Below are positions 16,100 to 29,955 of a stretch of 64,000 bases of DNA, in pieces. The number at the start of each line of letters is the position of its first letter. The stretch's first letter is position 1. A program made the translations under genes and the position numbers. Origin of the DNA: Salpingoeca rosetta (Eukaryota > Protista > Choanoflagellata); assembly GCA_033442325.1 (NCBI GenBank), contig JAWQFM010000018.1:62001-126000 (forward strand), read 5' to 3'. The notes beneath the pieces are model-generated. The model did no database searches and had not been told where the DNA came from. It saw only the letters and a program-made list of their open reading frames with translations.

Positions 16100-17470
16100 C
16101 ACTCACAGCTTCTCCCCCCTCCTCAAAACACAAAACATTGTTGAAGGGAACGTACCGCTTTGACGCCATACCACTTGTTCTCGACCGTCTCCAGCTCCGT
16201 GCGGAAGAATGTTCCGTTTCCGCCCACCTGCGCAGCCGTCAGGCCCTTGATCACGCGCGCAAAGTCCTTCTTGGGGAACACCTGGTTGCGGTGGATGTCC
16301 CAGAGCGGGGTGTCATGTGCAGCCGGGTTGATGCCAAAGAAGGTGGGCAGGTCGTCTGTCATGTCTGTCTCCGTCACGTTGCGCTGCATGGGGTCAAAGG
16401 TGGAGTTGAGGGCCTGCATGTTGTTAAAGAAGAGGATGATGTTTGGCACGCGCCGCTGCAGCAGCCCAATCAGGTGCACGTTCTCCGTGTTGCCTCCGTC
16501 GCCATACAACCCCTCCACAGCGTCCGTGTCTGGCGCAGGCAGCGACGGCGACCACGTGTTGAAGATGGGGTCGAGCCCGCGCGCAGCAAAGTTTGGCAGG
16601 TCAGACAGCAGCGCACCGGCTGCAAACGAGCTCATGCTGGCGATGCGAGCCGGCGACAGGCTGCGGTCGGCGATGGTGGTGGAGTGCAGCGTGCCGTTGG
16701 CGCCCGTCAGCCCCGTGGAGGGTGCCGCGCTGCCAAAGGCAAACGTGTCCATGTACCCGCCCACGGTGTGCGTCTGCGTGTGGCCCTTTGAGCTAGTGTA
16801 GGTGACATCGCGCGTGTACGGCTGGCCAACGTACAGCGGGGTGCCCTCCGTGATGGTGTATGAGCGGTTGCTCTCCTTGAACGGCGACAGCTTCTCCGGC
16901 CCAATGTACGAGATGCCCGCGATCCAGAACGGGCGGTTTGGGCGCGGCAGGGCAAAGTCCGAGACAGTGAGCGCTGGGTTGCGGTCGACGATGCGCTGGA
17001 TCGTCTCCGTGCTGGCGGCAGGGTACTTGTTGTCGGGAACACCGTAGGGCTTGAAGTAGACGTCGTTGACCGACTTGAACCACACGTCGCGGCCGTGCAC
17101 GAGCGGGTTGAAGAAGTTCTCCACGGCGTGCCAGGCAAAGTCCTTGTTGACAGGCCCGCCGCGCACGCACTCCGGGTCAATGTGCTTGAGGTTCTTCATG
17201 GTCATGTGCTGCGGCTCCATGATGGGCCCGAGCAGCTGCGTGTCGTTGCCCTGCGCGGTGCTGGCGTACATGTACGCGCAGGTGCCCCACGCGCCACCGG
17301 AGACGCCGGAGACGTAGCGGACGTTGGGGAGCAGGCCCGCCTCGTGCAGGCCCGCCAGGTATCCGATGGTGGCCAAGAAGGACCGCGTCCCGCCGCCAGT
17401 GAACGCAATGCCCTGAAAACCAGCAAGTGTGTGCGAATGAGGGAATGTGTGTGTGTGTGCGAATGAGGGA

Positions 17471-17529
<59 letters not shown>

Positions 17530-17958
17530 AGTGTGCATGTGTGCCAGTGTGCATGTATGTGTGTGTGCATGTGTGTGCGTGTGTGCATGTGCATGTGTGT
17601 GTGTTGAGATGGGCGTTCACAACAACAACAAGAAGAACGTGCGCGATTGAATCAACTTGCCACTGTGCCACAACCCTTTGGTTCTGCTCCACGGATACAG
17701 CAACAAACAAACACACACACACACACACACACAACAAACGACGCTGGTCAACAAGGACAGCCGACAACAACAAAGCAGCACATGACTCACTGCGTTGGGG
17801 CGCTGCATGACGTGCTTGAGGCTCCTCTCTGGAAACGTGAGGGTGCCGTCCTTCTCCATCTGCCATGCCTCAAAGTTGATGTTCAGCTGCGCAGCAACAC
17901 CAACCCCTTGCATGCACACCATGCACACCATGGCCACCACCGCCACGACCACCGCCAT
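15556..17958 (-). CDS. Secreted phospholipase B / cPLA2-like (patatin-fold) lipase
   Basis: Three exons (~17791-17958, 16157-17412, 15556-15832). Signal peptide [23 protein letters not shown]; oxyanion motif FTGGGTR; nucleophile motif GVSGG; catalytic Asp motif YGDGG. Confidence 0.85.
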
Positions 17959-18152
17959 GTGTGTTGTTGGCACGCGACTACTCCACAGCAGCATCGTTGC
18001 AGTTGTCACTGTTGTCCTCCAGAAACTGAATTCAGTCGACGTTCAGTTTCACCTGGAAAAGAAGCAAGCAACAACTGTGAACTGTCTGTTTGATCGACAA
18101 GAGCAAGAGGAGAACAATCGAACGGGAGCCAAGACCAATCGCAAGCACGAAG

Positions 18153-19984
18153 ATGGGCTTTGAAGCTGTGCGCGTTCCGGACGCCTCCACACGCATCTAC
18201 AAGGATGAGTGTGTGCTCACCTTCAAGACCTCGGTGCGAATATGTGTGTGTGTGTATGTGTGTGTGTGCGTGTGCGTGTGTCTGTGTCTGTGTGTTCGTG
18301 TGTGCGTGTGTGTCTGTGTGTCTGTGTGTGTGTGTGTGTGTGTCTGTCTACATGAAATGGGACACGGCGACGTGCGTTTCGGTTGGCATCTTGTCTCATC
18401 GGCCTTTGTGGTTTGATCATGATGACGACGCAGGAGAGCGAGGGCGGCCTGTTCGTGTGCATGAAGACCTTCCTTGGCTTTGCCAGGATGTGTCTTGACG
18501 CATACTTTGCCAAGACGATGAACGACGTCTTCCTGCGCATCAAGACGACCAAAGTCAAGGTGGGAGAGTACGTGGGGCATCCTTTGGTGTGTCTGTCTCT
18601 GTCTGTATGTATGTGGGTGTCATGCTGCGCAACAGTTGACAGATTTGGACACCCGCCGTTTCTGTTGGTGTCGTTTGCAGAAGCCAGCCGAGGAGGAGGA
18701 CGAGGCCGATGCCGCGAAGAAACCCACCAAGATGGCCATCGGTACAATGCGCGCAACCACACTTGTTCGTGCTGTTCTGTGTGTGTGTGTGTGTGTGTGT
18801 CTGTGTGTCTGTGTGGGTCTGTGTTGTGTGTGTGTCTGTGTGGTTTTGTGTGTGACTCGCCCTGGTCACCGTAGCTCACTGCTGGCGCGCATACCATCAC
18901 CGTGTTGTTGCTCGCAAGGTGTTGAAGGCGGCTTTGACGTGGACGATGCCGACAAGTACGAGTTCCACCACGAGTACGCCGTCGTCACTCTTCCCGACAT
19001 GAAGGAATACCCTCTCGACAGCCCAGAACTCCCAGACAACGTCCGTGTGCCTGTGTGTGTGTGTGTGTGTGTCATGTGTGATGTGTGTGTGTGTGTATTG
19101 TTTGTGTGTATGTGCTTGTGTTTGTGTGCGTCTGTCTGTCTGTGTGCGTGTGTGTCTGCCTCTGTGCATGTGTTTCTCTCCCCTTTTCTGCCATCGACAC
19201 ACCCTCACACACACACACACGCTCACACACACACACGCACTCACACTCAAACACACCATATCGCGCCTTGTCACTGTTGCAACTGCAGGTAAAGGCGAGT
19301 GCTGCTGCGATTGTTGCATTTGACTCTGCGCAGTTCAAAGACGAGACGGCGGCGTGGGAGGAGCAGCGGCAGGTGTCCAAGCACGCAGCAGACCTCGCCC
19401 AGCTCGACAACGGCATCAAGGTGCCACCAGGGTACGCTACTGCTGCTGCTGCTGCTGCTGCTGCTGTCTTGTCGCTGTCGTGGTCGTTGTCGTCACACGA
19501 TGTTGTCACAGGCACCTGTGGAGAAGAGACGATTAATAGAGAGGGTGGCGATGAGTGATGTGGGATCATGCATGACACGTGTAAGACGGGTGGAATGGGC
19601 TGAGGAAGCAAGAGAAAACGCGCGGGGAAGGCGATTGTGACATATGCGAAGTACGTCTGATATCATCATCATCATCACCACCATGGCGCCCAACGTCGCC
19701 ACCACCAACACCAAACAAAACTGCAGCAACTACAAGTGTGAGAAGTGCGACATCACGGACAACCTGTGGTTGAACCTGACTGATGGCTCCATTCTCTGCG
19801 GCCGCCGCTTCTTCGACGGTCAGCACTTGTTGCCTGCATGCAGTTGCTTGCACCTGTCCTCCCAACACACATTGCATGCAAGCACGTGTGACTCATTCGC
19901 GTTTCGAATCACAACACACGTGCATGCACCTCTGCGCCTGTCCTTATGCGACATCACGTATGACACTTGCTCACGTCCTCGCAT

Positions 19985-20043
<59 letters not shown>

Positions 20044-21487
20044 GGAGTGGCGGGAACAACCACGCTGTGGATCACTTCAACGAGACCGGGTATCCGCTCG
20101 CCGTCAAGCTCGGCACCATAACTCCAGAGGGTGCAGGTGATGACAACTAACTAACGCATTGTGTGCTGGCGGGGATGTAGGAGCTTCTGTGGGGGCAGCC
20201 CTTGCGGGGGGGGGGTTCCCTGTTGCAGGGGGAGATGAGGTGGATGTGTGTACAGGTTGATGGTTATGTGCAGGGTGATGTTTCTCGCTGTCCAAATGTG
20301 TTGACCTGCAAGTGAGTGCACACACACACACATACATGCATACATACATACATACATACATACATACATACATACATACATACATACATACATACATACA
20401 TACATACATACATACATACATACATACATACATACATACATGGACGAGCAAATGTAACGCTGCGTTCACCCTACCACTGTGGCGCTGCTGCTGGCGCAGA
20501 CGTTTACTCGTACGCTGAGGACGACATGGTGATTGACCCGCAGCTTGACAAGCACCTCGCCCACTTTGGCATCAACATCCTCGAGCAGAAAAAGGTGCGC
20601 CATGCCATCCACCCTTCATCGTTGAGAAGGGGTGTGTGTCTGTGTCTGTGTGTCTGTGTATGTGTGTGTCTGTGTCTGTGTCTGTGTCTGTGTGTGTGTG
20701 TGTGTGTGTTCGGATTCGAAGCACGTGGATTGTTCGCTTATTGCATGTGTGTATGTGATTCATGCACGCGAGCCCCTCAAACGATGATTCGAATACACGT
20801 TCCCTCCCCCCCTCTCCCAAATTTCACCTCACCACTCCCCCCCCCCACCGCTGTGGTATTTGTGCTTGTCTCCGCCGCGGTGCAGACTGCGAAGACGATG
20901 ACTGAGCTTGAGATTGAGGCGAACGAGCGGCTGCAGTTTGAGTTTGACGCCATCCAGGAGTCGGGCGTCACCCTCGAGCCCGCATACGGCCCAGGCCACA
21001 CCGGCATGAAGAACCTTGGCAACAGGTGCGGCAGTGGTGGTTGTGGTCGCGGTCGTGGGGATGATCGTGGTTGTGGTCGTGGTCGTGATGAGGATGGTGG
21101 TCGTGGTCGTGGTCGTGGTCGTGTTGCAAGTGTTGGTGCGACTGCTCTGTGCTGTTGACCGTGCTCATGGGACCACCGCTCTCTTGTCACCTCCATCCCT
21201 CCTTTCGTTTTGACATTGCTTCTCCTTCTCCCCCTCTCCACCTCCCAATATGGTGCAGCTGCTACATGAACACGGTGCTGCAGGTGCTCTTCAGCCTGGA
21301 GGAAGTGGCGGCCACATACGGCACGTCTGCCCTCGACCGTTTCCTCGCAAAGAACGTCGACAACCCCGTCACAGACCTCAACATCCAGCTGTACGTGGCA
21401 TGCTTCTGCTTGGGAGGCGGGAGGGAGGGCGTGTGTGTGTGTGTATGTGTGTGTGTGTGTGTGCGTGTGTGTGTGCGTGTGTGTGCG

Positions 21488-21537
<50 letters not shown>

Positions 21538-23678
21538 CAGGTGTCGTCCTCCTTTGTGTTCAATGAGTGTCTCATTCTCTCCCTTTATCCACTACATCAT
21601 GTGTTCTTGACACTCCACCCCACCCCACCCCCACCGTGCTGGTGGTGTGCAGGCACAAAGTCGGGTACGGGCTTGTCTCTGGCGACTACTCGTCGCCGCC
21701 GGCCGAAGAGGAGGACGCGCCCGGCATCACGCCGCGCATGTTCAAGGACGTCGCAAACAGCGGACACGCAGAGTTCTCGTCAGGCAGGCAGCAGGTGTGT
21801 GAACGGTTATGGGGGCTTGGGATGGCGAGGTGGTGGTTAAGGGTGTGGTGGGGAGCGTGTGAGAGCGTGTGAGAGGGGAAGTGGGGATCGATCGACGGCC
21901 TGCAGGCATACACATGGACAGGAGAAGGGATGACAGGCTTCGAGTGACATATGAGCACGCATACGCACACACATACACACACATATACACACATACACAC
22001 ACATACACACATACACATACACATACACGTACACATACACACAAGCGTACACGTACATACACATGACCACACTCACATGATGCTTCTTCACACGTATGAT
22101 GTGACGCGGCCGCGAGCAGGATGCGATGGAGTACTGGGCATACCTGATGGACAAGCTGCAGAAGGACGCGCGCAAGGAGAAGGAGCTTGACGTGTCGACG
22201 CTGTTCTCGTTTGACGTCGAGGAGCTGGTGCGCTGCAACGCGTCAAACAAGGTGCGACTGTCGGCCCACCAGGAGGGCCACCTCGCTGTCCCCGTCACCA
22301 TGGAGCTCATGACCAACAAGGACGAGTACGACGCATACAAGGCCCGCACAGCAACCGCAGGCGACGCCGCAAAGGTTGGTGGTGGTGGTGGTGGTGGTGG
22401 TGGTGGTGTATGGTGACGTGTGTTCGTCTGTGTTCGTCTGTGTTCGTCTGTGTTTGTTGGTTTGTATCTGCGTTTGTGTTTGCGTGTGCCTGTGCATCCT
22501 TTGTTCATCAACCTGTGTTGGTTCTGCCATCCTATGCATTGGACCATTCTTATGCATTGCAGCGCTGTCCCTTTATTTCATGCACCTCAATAACGACCCT
22601 TCTTCCCCCCCCCTTCGCTTCGTATGGAGACAGGACGAGCCTGTGGTTCGGCCTGCGTTTGATCTGTCGGCGCTGATTGAGGCGTCGTTCCAGCCGCAGC
22701 AGGTGGAGGACTGGTACAGCCCCGCCATCCAGGCAAAGACGTCATGCACCCAGACGCAGGGGTTCAAGACTTTCCCAAAGGTATTGATGTGTTGGCCTAG
22801 TGGTGGTACTCGCTACTGCCAGCAGTTGTCAACACATCCACACGCACGCACGCACGCGGGCACGCACGCACGCTCGCTCATGTTCGTGCGTGTCCAATAC
22901 CACCTCATCGCACGTGTCACCATCCTGCACCTCACCTCCCTCGACCCCCTTTGTCCACGACACCACCACCACCACCACCACCACTGCCCGTGTATGCCAC
23001 GTCAGTATCTTGTTGTTGCGGTGAACAAGTTCTACCTCGGCGACGACTGGACACCAAAGAAGCTCGGTGCGCTGATGTGTTGGCGCGCTGGTGGTGTGGG
23101 CCACGCGTAACCGTGTGGTGTGTGTTATGACTGTTGTTGGCCGTCGTCTTTGTGCACTCGGTCATCATCAGTTTCTAACATTTGACCAACCTGCTCACAA
23201 TCAACCCATCCATCACACACACACACACACACACAACGCGTTGTGTTGCGTTGCAGACATGTCGCTGCATGTGCCGGACGAGCTTGATGTGACGCATCTC
23301 CGCTCGAAAGGCAAACAGGAGGGCGACGAGGACCTGCCAGAGGAACCAGCAGAGCAGCAGCAGCAGCAGCAGGGTGGGTGGGTGGTTGGTGCACAGACGC
23401 AGTCATAGTGGTGGCGTGTGTGTGTGTGTATGTGTGTGTATGTTTTTGTGTGTGTGTATGTTTGTGTGTATGTGTGTGTGTGTGTGTGTGTGTGTCGTGG
23501 TGTGTTCGTTTCTGTCATCTGAAATGCACTGCTCCGCGTCTCGCTCGTTTGCGTCTCACCATGGCCATGTCGGTGGTGGCTGCTGCAGTGCAACTTGACG
23601 AAGGCATGGTGACGCAGCTTGCCAGCATGGGATTCCCACTGGAAGGATGCAAGAAGGCTGTCTTCCACAACCCGCAGA
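18153..23678 (+). CDS. USP5: Ubiquitin-specific protease USP5/USP13 (isopeptidase T); 3' end lost in the assembly gap
   Basis: IYKDEC cryptic zinc finger; Zn[32 protein letters not shown]|[10 protein letters not shown]; Cys box GMKNLGNSCYMN; [11 protein letters not shown]|DAMEY; first [18 protein letters not shown]. Confidence 0.95.
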
Positions 23679-23757
23679 GTACGCATTCCTTGCGCTTTAT
23701 TCGTTCTCGACCATACACATGCACACACATGCATGCATGCAGACATACCGACACACA

Positions 23758-23850
<93 letters not shown>

Positions 23851-24745
23851 NNNNNNNNNNNNNNNNNNNNNNNNNNNNNNNNNNNNNNNNNNNNNNNNNN
23901 NNNNNNNNNNNNNNNNNNNNNNNNNNNNNNNNNNNNNNNNNNNNNNNNNNNNNNNNNNNNNNNNNNNNNNNNNNNNNNNNNNNNNNNNNNNNNNNNNNNN
24001 NNNNNNNNNNNNNNNNNNNNNNNNNNNNNNNNNNNNNNNNNNNNNNNNNNNNNNNNNNNNNNNNNNNNNNNNNNNNNNNNNNNNNNNNNNNNNNNNNNNN
24101 NNNNNNNNNNNNNNNNNNNNNNNNNNNNNNNNNNNNNNNNNNNNNNNNNNNNNNNNNNNNNNNNNNNNNNNNNNNNNNNNNNNNNNNNNNNNNNNNNNNN
24201 NNNNNNNNNNNNNNNNNNNNNNNNNNNNNNNNNNNNNNNNNNNNNNNNNNNNNNNNNNNNNNNNNNNNNNNNNNNNNNNNNNNNNNNNNNNNNNNNNNNN
24301 NNNNNNNNNNNNNNNNNNNNNNNNNNNNNNNNNNNNNNNNNNNNNNNNNNNNNNNNNNNNNNNNNNNNNNNNNNNNNNNNNNNNNNNNNNNNNNNNNNNN
24401 NNNNNNNNNNNNNNNNNNNNNNNNNNNNNNNNNNNNNNNNNNNNNNNNNNNNNNNNNNNNNNNNNNNNNNNNNNNNNNNNNNNNNNNNNNNNNNNNNNNN
24501 NNNNNNNNNNNNNNNNNNNNNNNNNNNNNNNNNNNNNNNNNNNNNNNNNNNNNNNNNNNNNNNNNNNNNNNNNNNNNNNNNNNNNNNNNNNNNNNNNNNN
24601 NNNNNNNNNNNNNNNNNNNNNNNNNNNNNNNNNNNNNNNNNNNNNNNNNNNNNNNNNNNNNNNNNNNNNNNNNNNNNNNNNNNNNNNNNNNNNNNNNNNN
24701 NNNNNNNNNNNNNNNNNNNNNNNNNNNNNNNNNNNNNNNNNNNNN
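23851..24745. other. Assembly gap (895 N)
   Basis: Run of n directly after a (CA)n tract. Confidence 1.
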
Positions 24746-25412
24746 TCTGACGATCGCCTGGGCAGATCCAGCTACGCTACGGGTACGTGCGTCATTTAGT
24801 TGATATCGTAAACGAGCTACGTCAGTACGGGTCAGTCTCAGTCGGCATCGATCATGTTGTGATCGTGCACGTGACAGCATGCAGTACGCATCGTCGACTG
24901 CCCTGCAATTCATGCTGCATGTCTAGTCAGTCTGACGGCTACGTAGCTTGCTCCAATGCTCAGTCTCTGCCCACTTCACCTTTTCCGTGTCATCATCTCA
25001 GTATGGCTGCACACACTCGCCCCCCCCAGCATGTCGCTAACATTCTAGCCTCCTAGCTCATGCGCTGTGTTAGTCTTTCTACGTTCCTCATCTTGTGATG
25101 ACAGATTATTTTACATCGGAGAGCCCTCCTTCACATGGACTCTTCTGTCGCGAGTTAGTAGAGGGTAGCAACTCCTACGCCGGACCCCCCGCAACGGGCA
25201 TGCATGTCAGACTCCGCCTACTTATACAAATGACAACCACAGTCGCAGAGAGTATGTGCTCAGGCATTTTTTCTGTTAAATCGTCTAGTTTCTTCTCTCT
25301 CCCCTTCCTTTTTTGTACTTATTAGCTTCTTCGGCAGTGATGACTGGAGTTGTTCATGGGTAGTTGGTTCGTGATTCAGGGGGTGGTGCTCCTTTGGTTT
25401 CGCACACACGGT

Positions 25413-25493
<81 letters not shown>

Positions 25494-26224
25494 CGCCGAT
25501 AACCACCACCACCACCACCTCACCTTCCCTCCTCCCTCTTGTTGCATGGTGAGCAGGGTACCGCCTGAAGGCGTTTATCAGCCACGACATAACGGAGGCG
25601 CTTTTCTTCGCTGCAAACTGCAATCGAGCATGGATAATGGCGATTGTTGGGTATCTTTCACACACTTTCAGCACCTGCGACGTCGGAGATCTCCCGATTT
25701 GATTGGAGGAAGGATCAAGCGAGTGGAGCACACAGCCCAGCCACGGTGCGTTGGTGCGTTGGTGGTGCTGTGCTTGACGTGCGCGACTTGCGTGTGGCAG
25801 TGGGTGCTGACGTGCCTTGATGGTTTGCGCCAACCCAGCCAGCCCCCTACGCAACGTCACCGAACAACCACGGGATGTGTGACACGGACAGAAAGGCTCT
25901 TCATTTCAAACGCCCGAGCCATCCCCGACGTTGCCTCACCCACACAAACACACACACACACACACATCTGGCTTGGATTCGGTTGGCAGAACTACTGTTG
26001 CGCCCTGAGCCGCAAGTGTTCTTCTGCTTTCTTCTATGCTCTATTGCCGGCGACGTCGCAGCCTTGTTGTTGTTGTTGCACTTGTTGCTGTTGCTGTGGC
26101 CGTGCTGTCATTTCTCCTGGTTGCTGTCCTCTTCTCTCAGTCCCCTGCTTGGTACCACACTACCCCTCCTGAATCGCCGCATCGTCTCGGTCTCTCCTCA
26201 TCCCTTCCCACACCTTCTGCCACA

Positions 26225-26283
26225 ATGACCGTCAACGGCACGGTGAGTGTCTGTCTGTGTGCCTGTTTGCGTGCGAGCACCTG

Positions 26284-26314
<31 letters not shown>

Positions 26315-26997
26315 CTGTCTGTGTGTGTGAGCACCTGTCTATGTGTGTGTGTGTGTGTGTGCTTCAGCACGTGTGTGGATGCATCCATCTGTGCTTGTGT
26401 CTCTGCATCAGTACGCGCTTGATTCCATGCCTCGCTGTGATCCTTGGCTGTGTGCTGCTTGATAACGTGACATTGTGTTGCGCGTGTGTGCTGTGCTTGC
26501 AGGAGATGATGATGATGCCAATGTATTTCATGCTTGGCCACAAGACCACCATCTTGTTCAAAGACTGGGAAACAAAGACCATGGGCCGTAAGTCATGGTG
26601 TGCATGTGTCTGCGTGCGTCTGCGTGCGTGTGTATGTATGTCTATCTGTCTGTGTGTGTATGTATGTGTGTGTGTTCTGCTTTCTTGTGTGTCTGTCTGT
26701 TCGCCATGGTGTATGCAGTGTGCCTTGCCCTGTATCCCTCCTCCCTCTCCAAAGGCTTCACTGGCCACCTCACCCCCAGTGTGCGTTCCCTTGCTTCCCT
26801 TGTGCAGAGTACGTTGGCTCGTGCGTTGGGGTGCTCATCCTCGCTATCATCTATGAGTGGGGCAAGATCCTCCGTGCTGATCTTGACATGTGGATCTCCC
26901 GTCGCATCGCACCAAAGCCCTGCTGCATGAGCCTCATCAACAGCAGTACCCACCAGCCCAACAGCCACCACTCCCCTCCCGCCGCTCCAGAGTACGT

Positions 26998-27076
<79 letters not shown>

Positions 27077-27079
27077 CTC

Positions 27080-27112
<33 letters not shown>

Positions 27113-27583
27113 GTCTGTCTGTCTGCCTGTCTGTCTGCCTGTCTGTCTTCTTGCCTGTCTATCTGTCTGTCTTGAGTTTGTCAATCTCTTGACCAACCGC
27201 TCTCCTTATCTACCTGTGGCCCCATCTGCCTGCCTGTTCGTCTGCCTCCACCTCCTACACCTCCTACACCTCCGCCTCCGCTGTCCCATTCCCCACATCC
27301 TGCTCACGATGCACCTCGCTCCTCCACCCCCCCCCCTCCCGTCCAACCCCCGGCTCTGTCCGCAACCTGCAGCTGCGTGCCGTGGCACTACCAACTGCTG
27401 CGAACCGTGTGCCACATTGTCCACTTTACGCTCGCCTACTTCCTGATGCTGATTGCCATGACCTACTCCGTGGGGCTCTTCGTGTCCATGGTACTGGGTA
27501 GCGGCGTCGGTTACTTCCTCTTCATGCGCAGAAACATCTGCAAGGCGCAAGACAATGTCGAGACTGTCAGCTCGTGCCACTGA
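26225..27583 (+). CDS. SLC31A1: Ctr-family (SLC31) copper transporter
   Basis: Four exons: MTVNGT|EMMMMPMYF...ILFKDW; TM1 [12 protein letters not shown]; TM2 [12 protein letters not shown] (MxxxM); TM3 [11 protein letters not shown] (GxxxG); C-terminal SSCH*. Confidence 0.93.
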
Positions 27584-28217
27584 TCCCCGCCCCCCCCCCC
27601 TGCGTCTCGTGGGTGGTTGGTGGTGCGTGCAGTGTGGCGGGGATTGAGGTCATGTGTCTCAACCAACAACAACTCTCCATTTCATTGCCTCGCTCATCTG
27701 TTTTGTTTGTGTTAGCTGGCTGTTTGACCGCCTTTAGTTCACCTACCTACCCTCGTCAAAGGGATTTGTGTGTGTGTGTGTCTGTATATGTCTGTGTGTG
27801 TGTGTGTGTGTCTGTGTGTGTGTGTGTGTGTGTCTGTGTCTGTGTATGTGTCTGTGGTTGTGTCTCGCTCTGTCTGTCTTTCTGTGTCACCTCAGTTTTG
27901 TTCTGGATTTCATTAATTGACATGAAGTTGATAACCTTACTGCTTCCACCAATTCCCCTTGCTCCCTTCATTTCCTTCTCATTAGTTGCTGCTTGCACGG
28001 GCTGTTGGCAGCGATTACAGTCTGCTTTGTGTGCTTGGTCGGTGTTGTCGTTTAATTGCTGCGTGTTGGTTACGTGGTCTCGTCGCTTCCACGAATACAC
28101 AAGCACGCTGGATGGGCGGGTATTGTTTTGAGACTGAAGAGCTTGAGCGCACTTGTGCTGCACATGCAGCACGCACACCGGAGCTCACACACAGAGCGCA
28201 TGCAATGCTGAGGCGAG

Positions 28218-28284
28218 TTACTTGGTCTCCTTGAAGCTTGTCTCCTGCCAGGGGAAGAAGAGTGACGCGTGTCACGTGAAGAAG

Positions 28285-28328
<44 letters not shown>

Positions 28329-28887
28329 GTGTGTGTGAACGAGAGTGTGTGCGAGGAGAGAGAGAGTGTGTGTGTGTGTGTGTGTGCGTGTACGTGTGAC
28401 AAAGGCAAGTGTGAATCGTAAGCAACCCACACAGACTGATCTGCACGGCAATTCTCATATATGCAAGTCCATCTGTACACATCCGCCAATACAAACACAC
28501 ATACATACAAGCACACGCACACGCACTCGCATACACACACACGCACCTTGCCGGTCTTCTTGATTTGCTCAAGGACGGCATCTGAGGAAAGGGAGGTGAC
28601 AACGGTGACCGTCTGTCCAGCCATGTCGATGGAGATGTCCTCAACCTCTGTTGACGATGCCCATTGCATCACACACACGACACCGGTTAGTTCGTTGGTG
28701 AGCGATGAGCACCCCTCTGCTCTCTGATGCACACACGCACACACGCACACACGCACACACGCACACACGCACACACGCACACACGCACACACGCAGCGCA
28801 CATACCTGGAAGCTTCTTCAGCACCCTCTGCACGGCGCCGGAGCAGCCATCGCAGGCCATGGCAACGTTGAACACATGGGTCGGCAT
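28218..28887 (-). CDS. ATOX1: Atx1/ATOX1 copper chaperone (HMA domain)
   Basis: Three exons: MPTHVFNVAMACDGCSGAVQRVLKKLP|EVEDISIDMAGQTVTVVTSLSSDAVLEQIKKTGK|ETSFKETK*. Has the MxCxxC and KKTGK hallmarks. Confidence 0.95.
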
Positions 28888-29955
28888 GATGGATTGATCA
28901 GTCGTCGTCCACTGGAGTTCTTGCGTTGTCGACTTGATGCTTTGCTTTGCTTGCTTGCTTGTTGGTTGGTTGGAGATGTTTGTTGTTTTTTCGTGGTTGT
29001 GGAGCATTGGCGAAAGACAGCCACCAATTGTCGGCTAACACACTGCCCACAAAAAGGCAGCAAGCAAGAAGCAAGGCAGATGATGTGGATGGATGAAGGT
29101 TTGGAAGGGCGCTGACACAGTGTTTGTGCGGGAACACTTGCGACCACCAACTCTCCCCTCCCTCGCCACTGCTTCGCTTCTTGGGTTTGCTGTCTGTTCA
29201 GGAGGATCATATTGAGGGTCAGCACAACTACCGAAAGAAAAGAAAAGGAAAAAGACAAGTACAATGGTCTGCAGGGATGACAAAAGCTTTGGCGATTATG
29301 GCGAGCGAGACAAAACAAGACACCGACGACCACAAACACCAACCACCAAAGCACACCAAACGTAGACAACACGAAAGAAACACCACACGAAATGGCAACA
29401 TGCCGTCAAAGAAGGAATATCAATCACAGCCATACCAACAGCAACAAAAGAGCAGGAGCAGGAGAAGCAACATAACATAAACATAAGAATGCGCACGTCA
29501 AGAAATCAAGAAAAAGGGGAGGGGGGAGCTGCACAACAATGTGTACATCGGTACATGAACGCGAGCAACCGTACGTTGAACGGCTGTCTCGCGGGTCAAC
29601 AGCAACGCCAAGAAGCAACACAAAGAGCAACAACGTGAGGACTGGCGGGTGGAAAAAATTCCACACAGCCCATACATACGCACGAAAGAAGCCGTGATGC
29701 TGTGGGGTGAAAGAAGAGAGTGAAAACAAGGTCAACAAAAGAAAAGAAGCCTGCATGCATGGGTACAGCAAAATTAACATACGTCCACACAGTCGTGCAT
29801 TACATGCAAATCATCGATACGCACACACATCTACACACACGCACATCTACACACACAGGCGCGCACATTTACAATCTGCACGCGTGCACAATGCACACAT
29901 CCACACAACTCCACACGCATCTACGCACGCATCCAGGCACGCGCGAAGGAGGCGA

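Noticed and set aside
23213-24913. Long ORFs spanning the N run
   Set aside because: Artefacts of translating N as X.
25546-26172. 208-aa Cys-rich ORF upstream of the Ctr gene
   Set aside because: It starts at GTG, its Cys run comes from (TGT/TGC) repeats, and it shows no codon bias or domain. Probably promoter or 5' UTR.
25330-29950. Search for Mac1 CuRE or MTF-1 MRE sites near Ctr and Atx1
   Set aside because: No convincing cluster seen by eye, and TGCRCNC-like words are ubiquitous in this repeat-rich genome.
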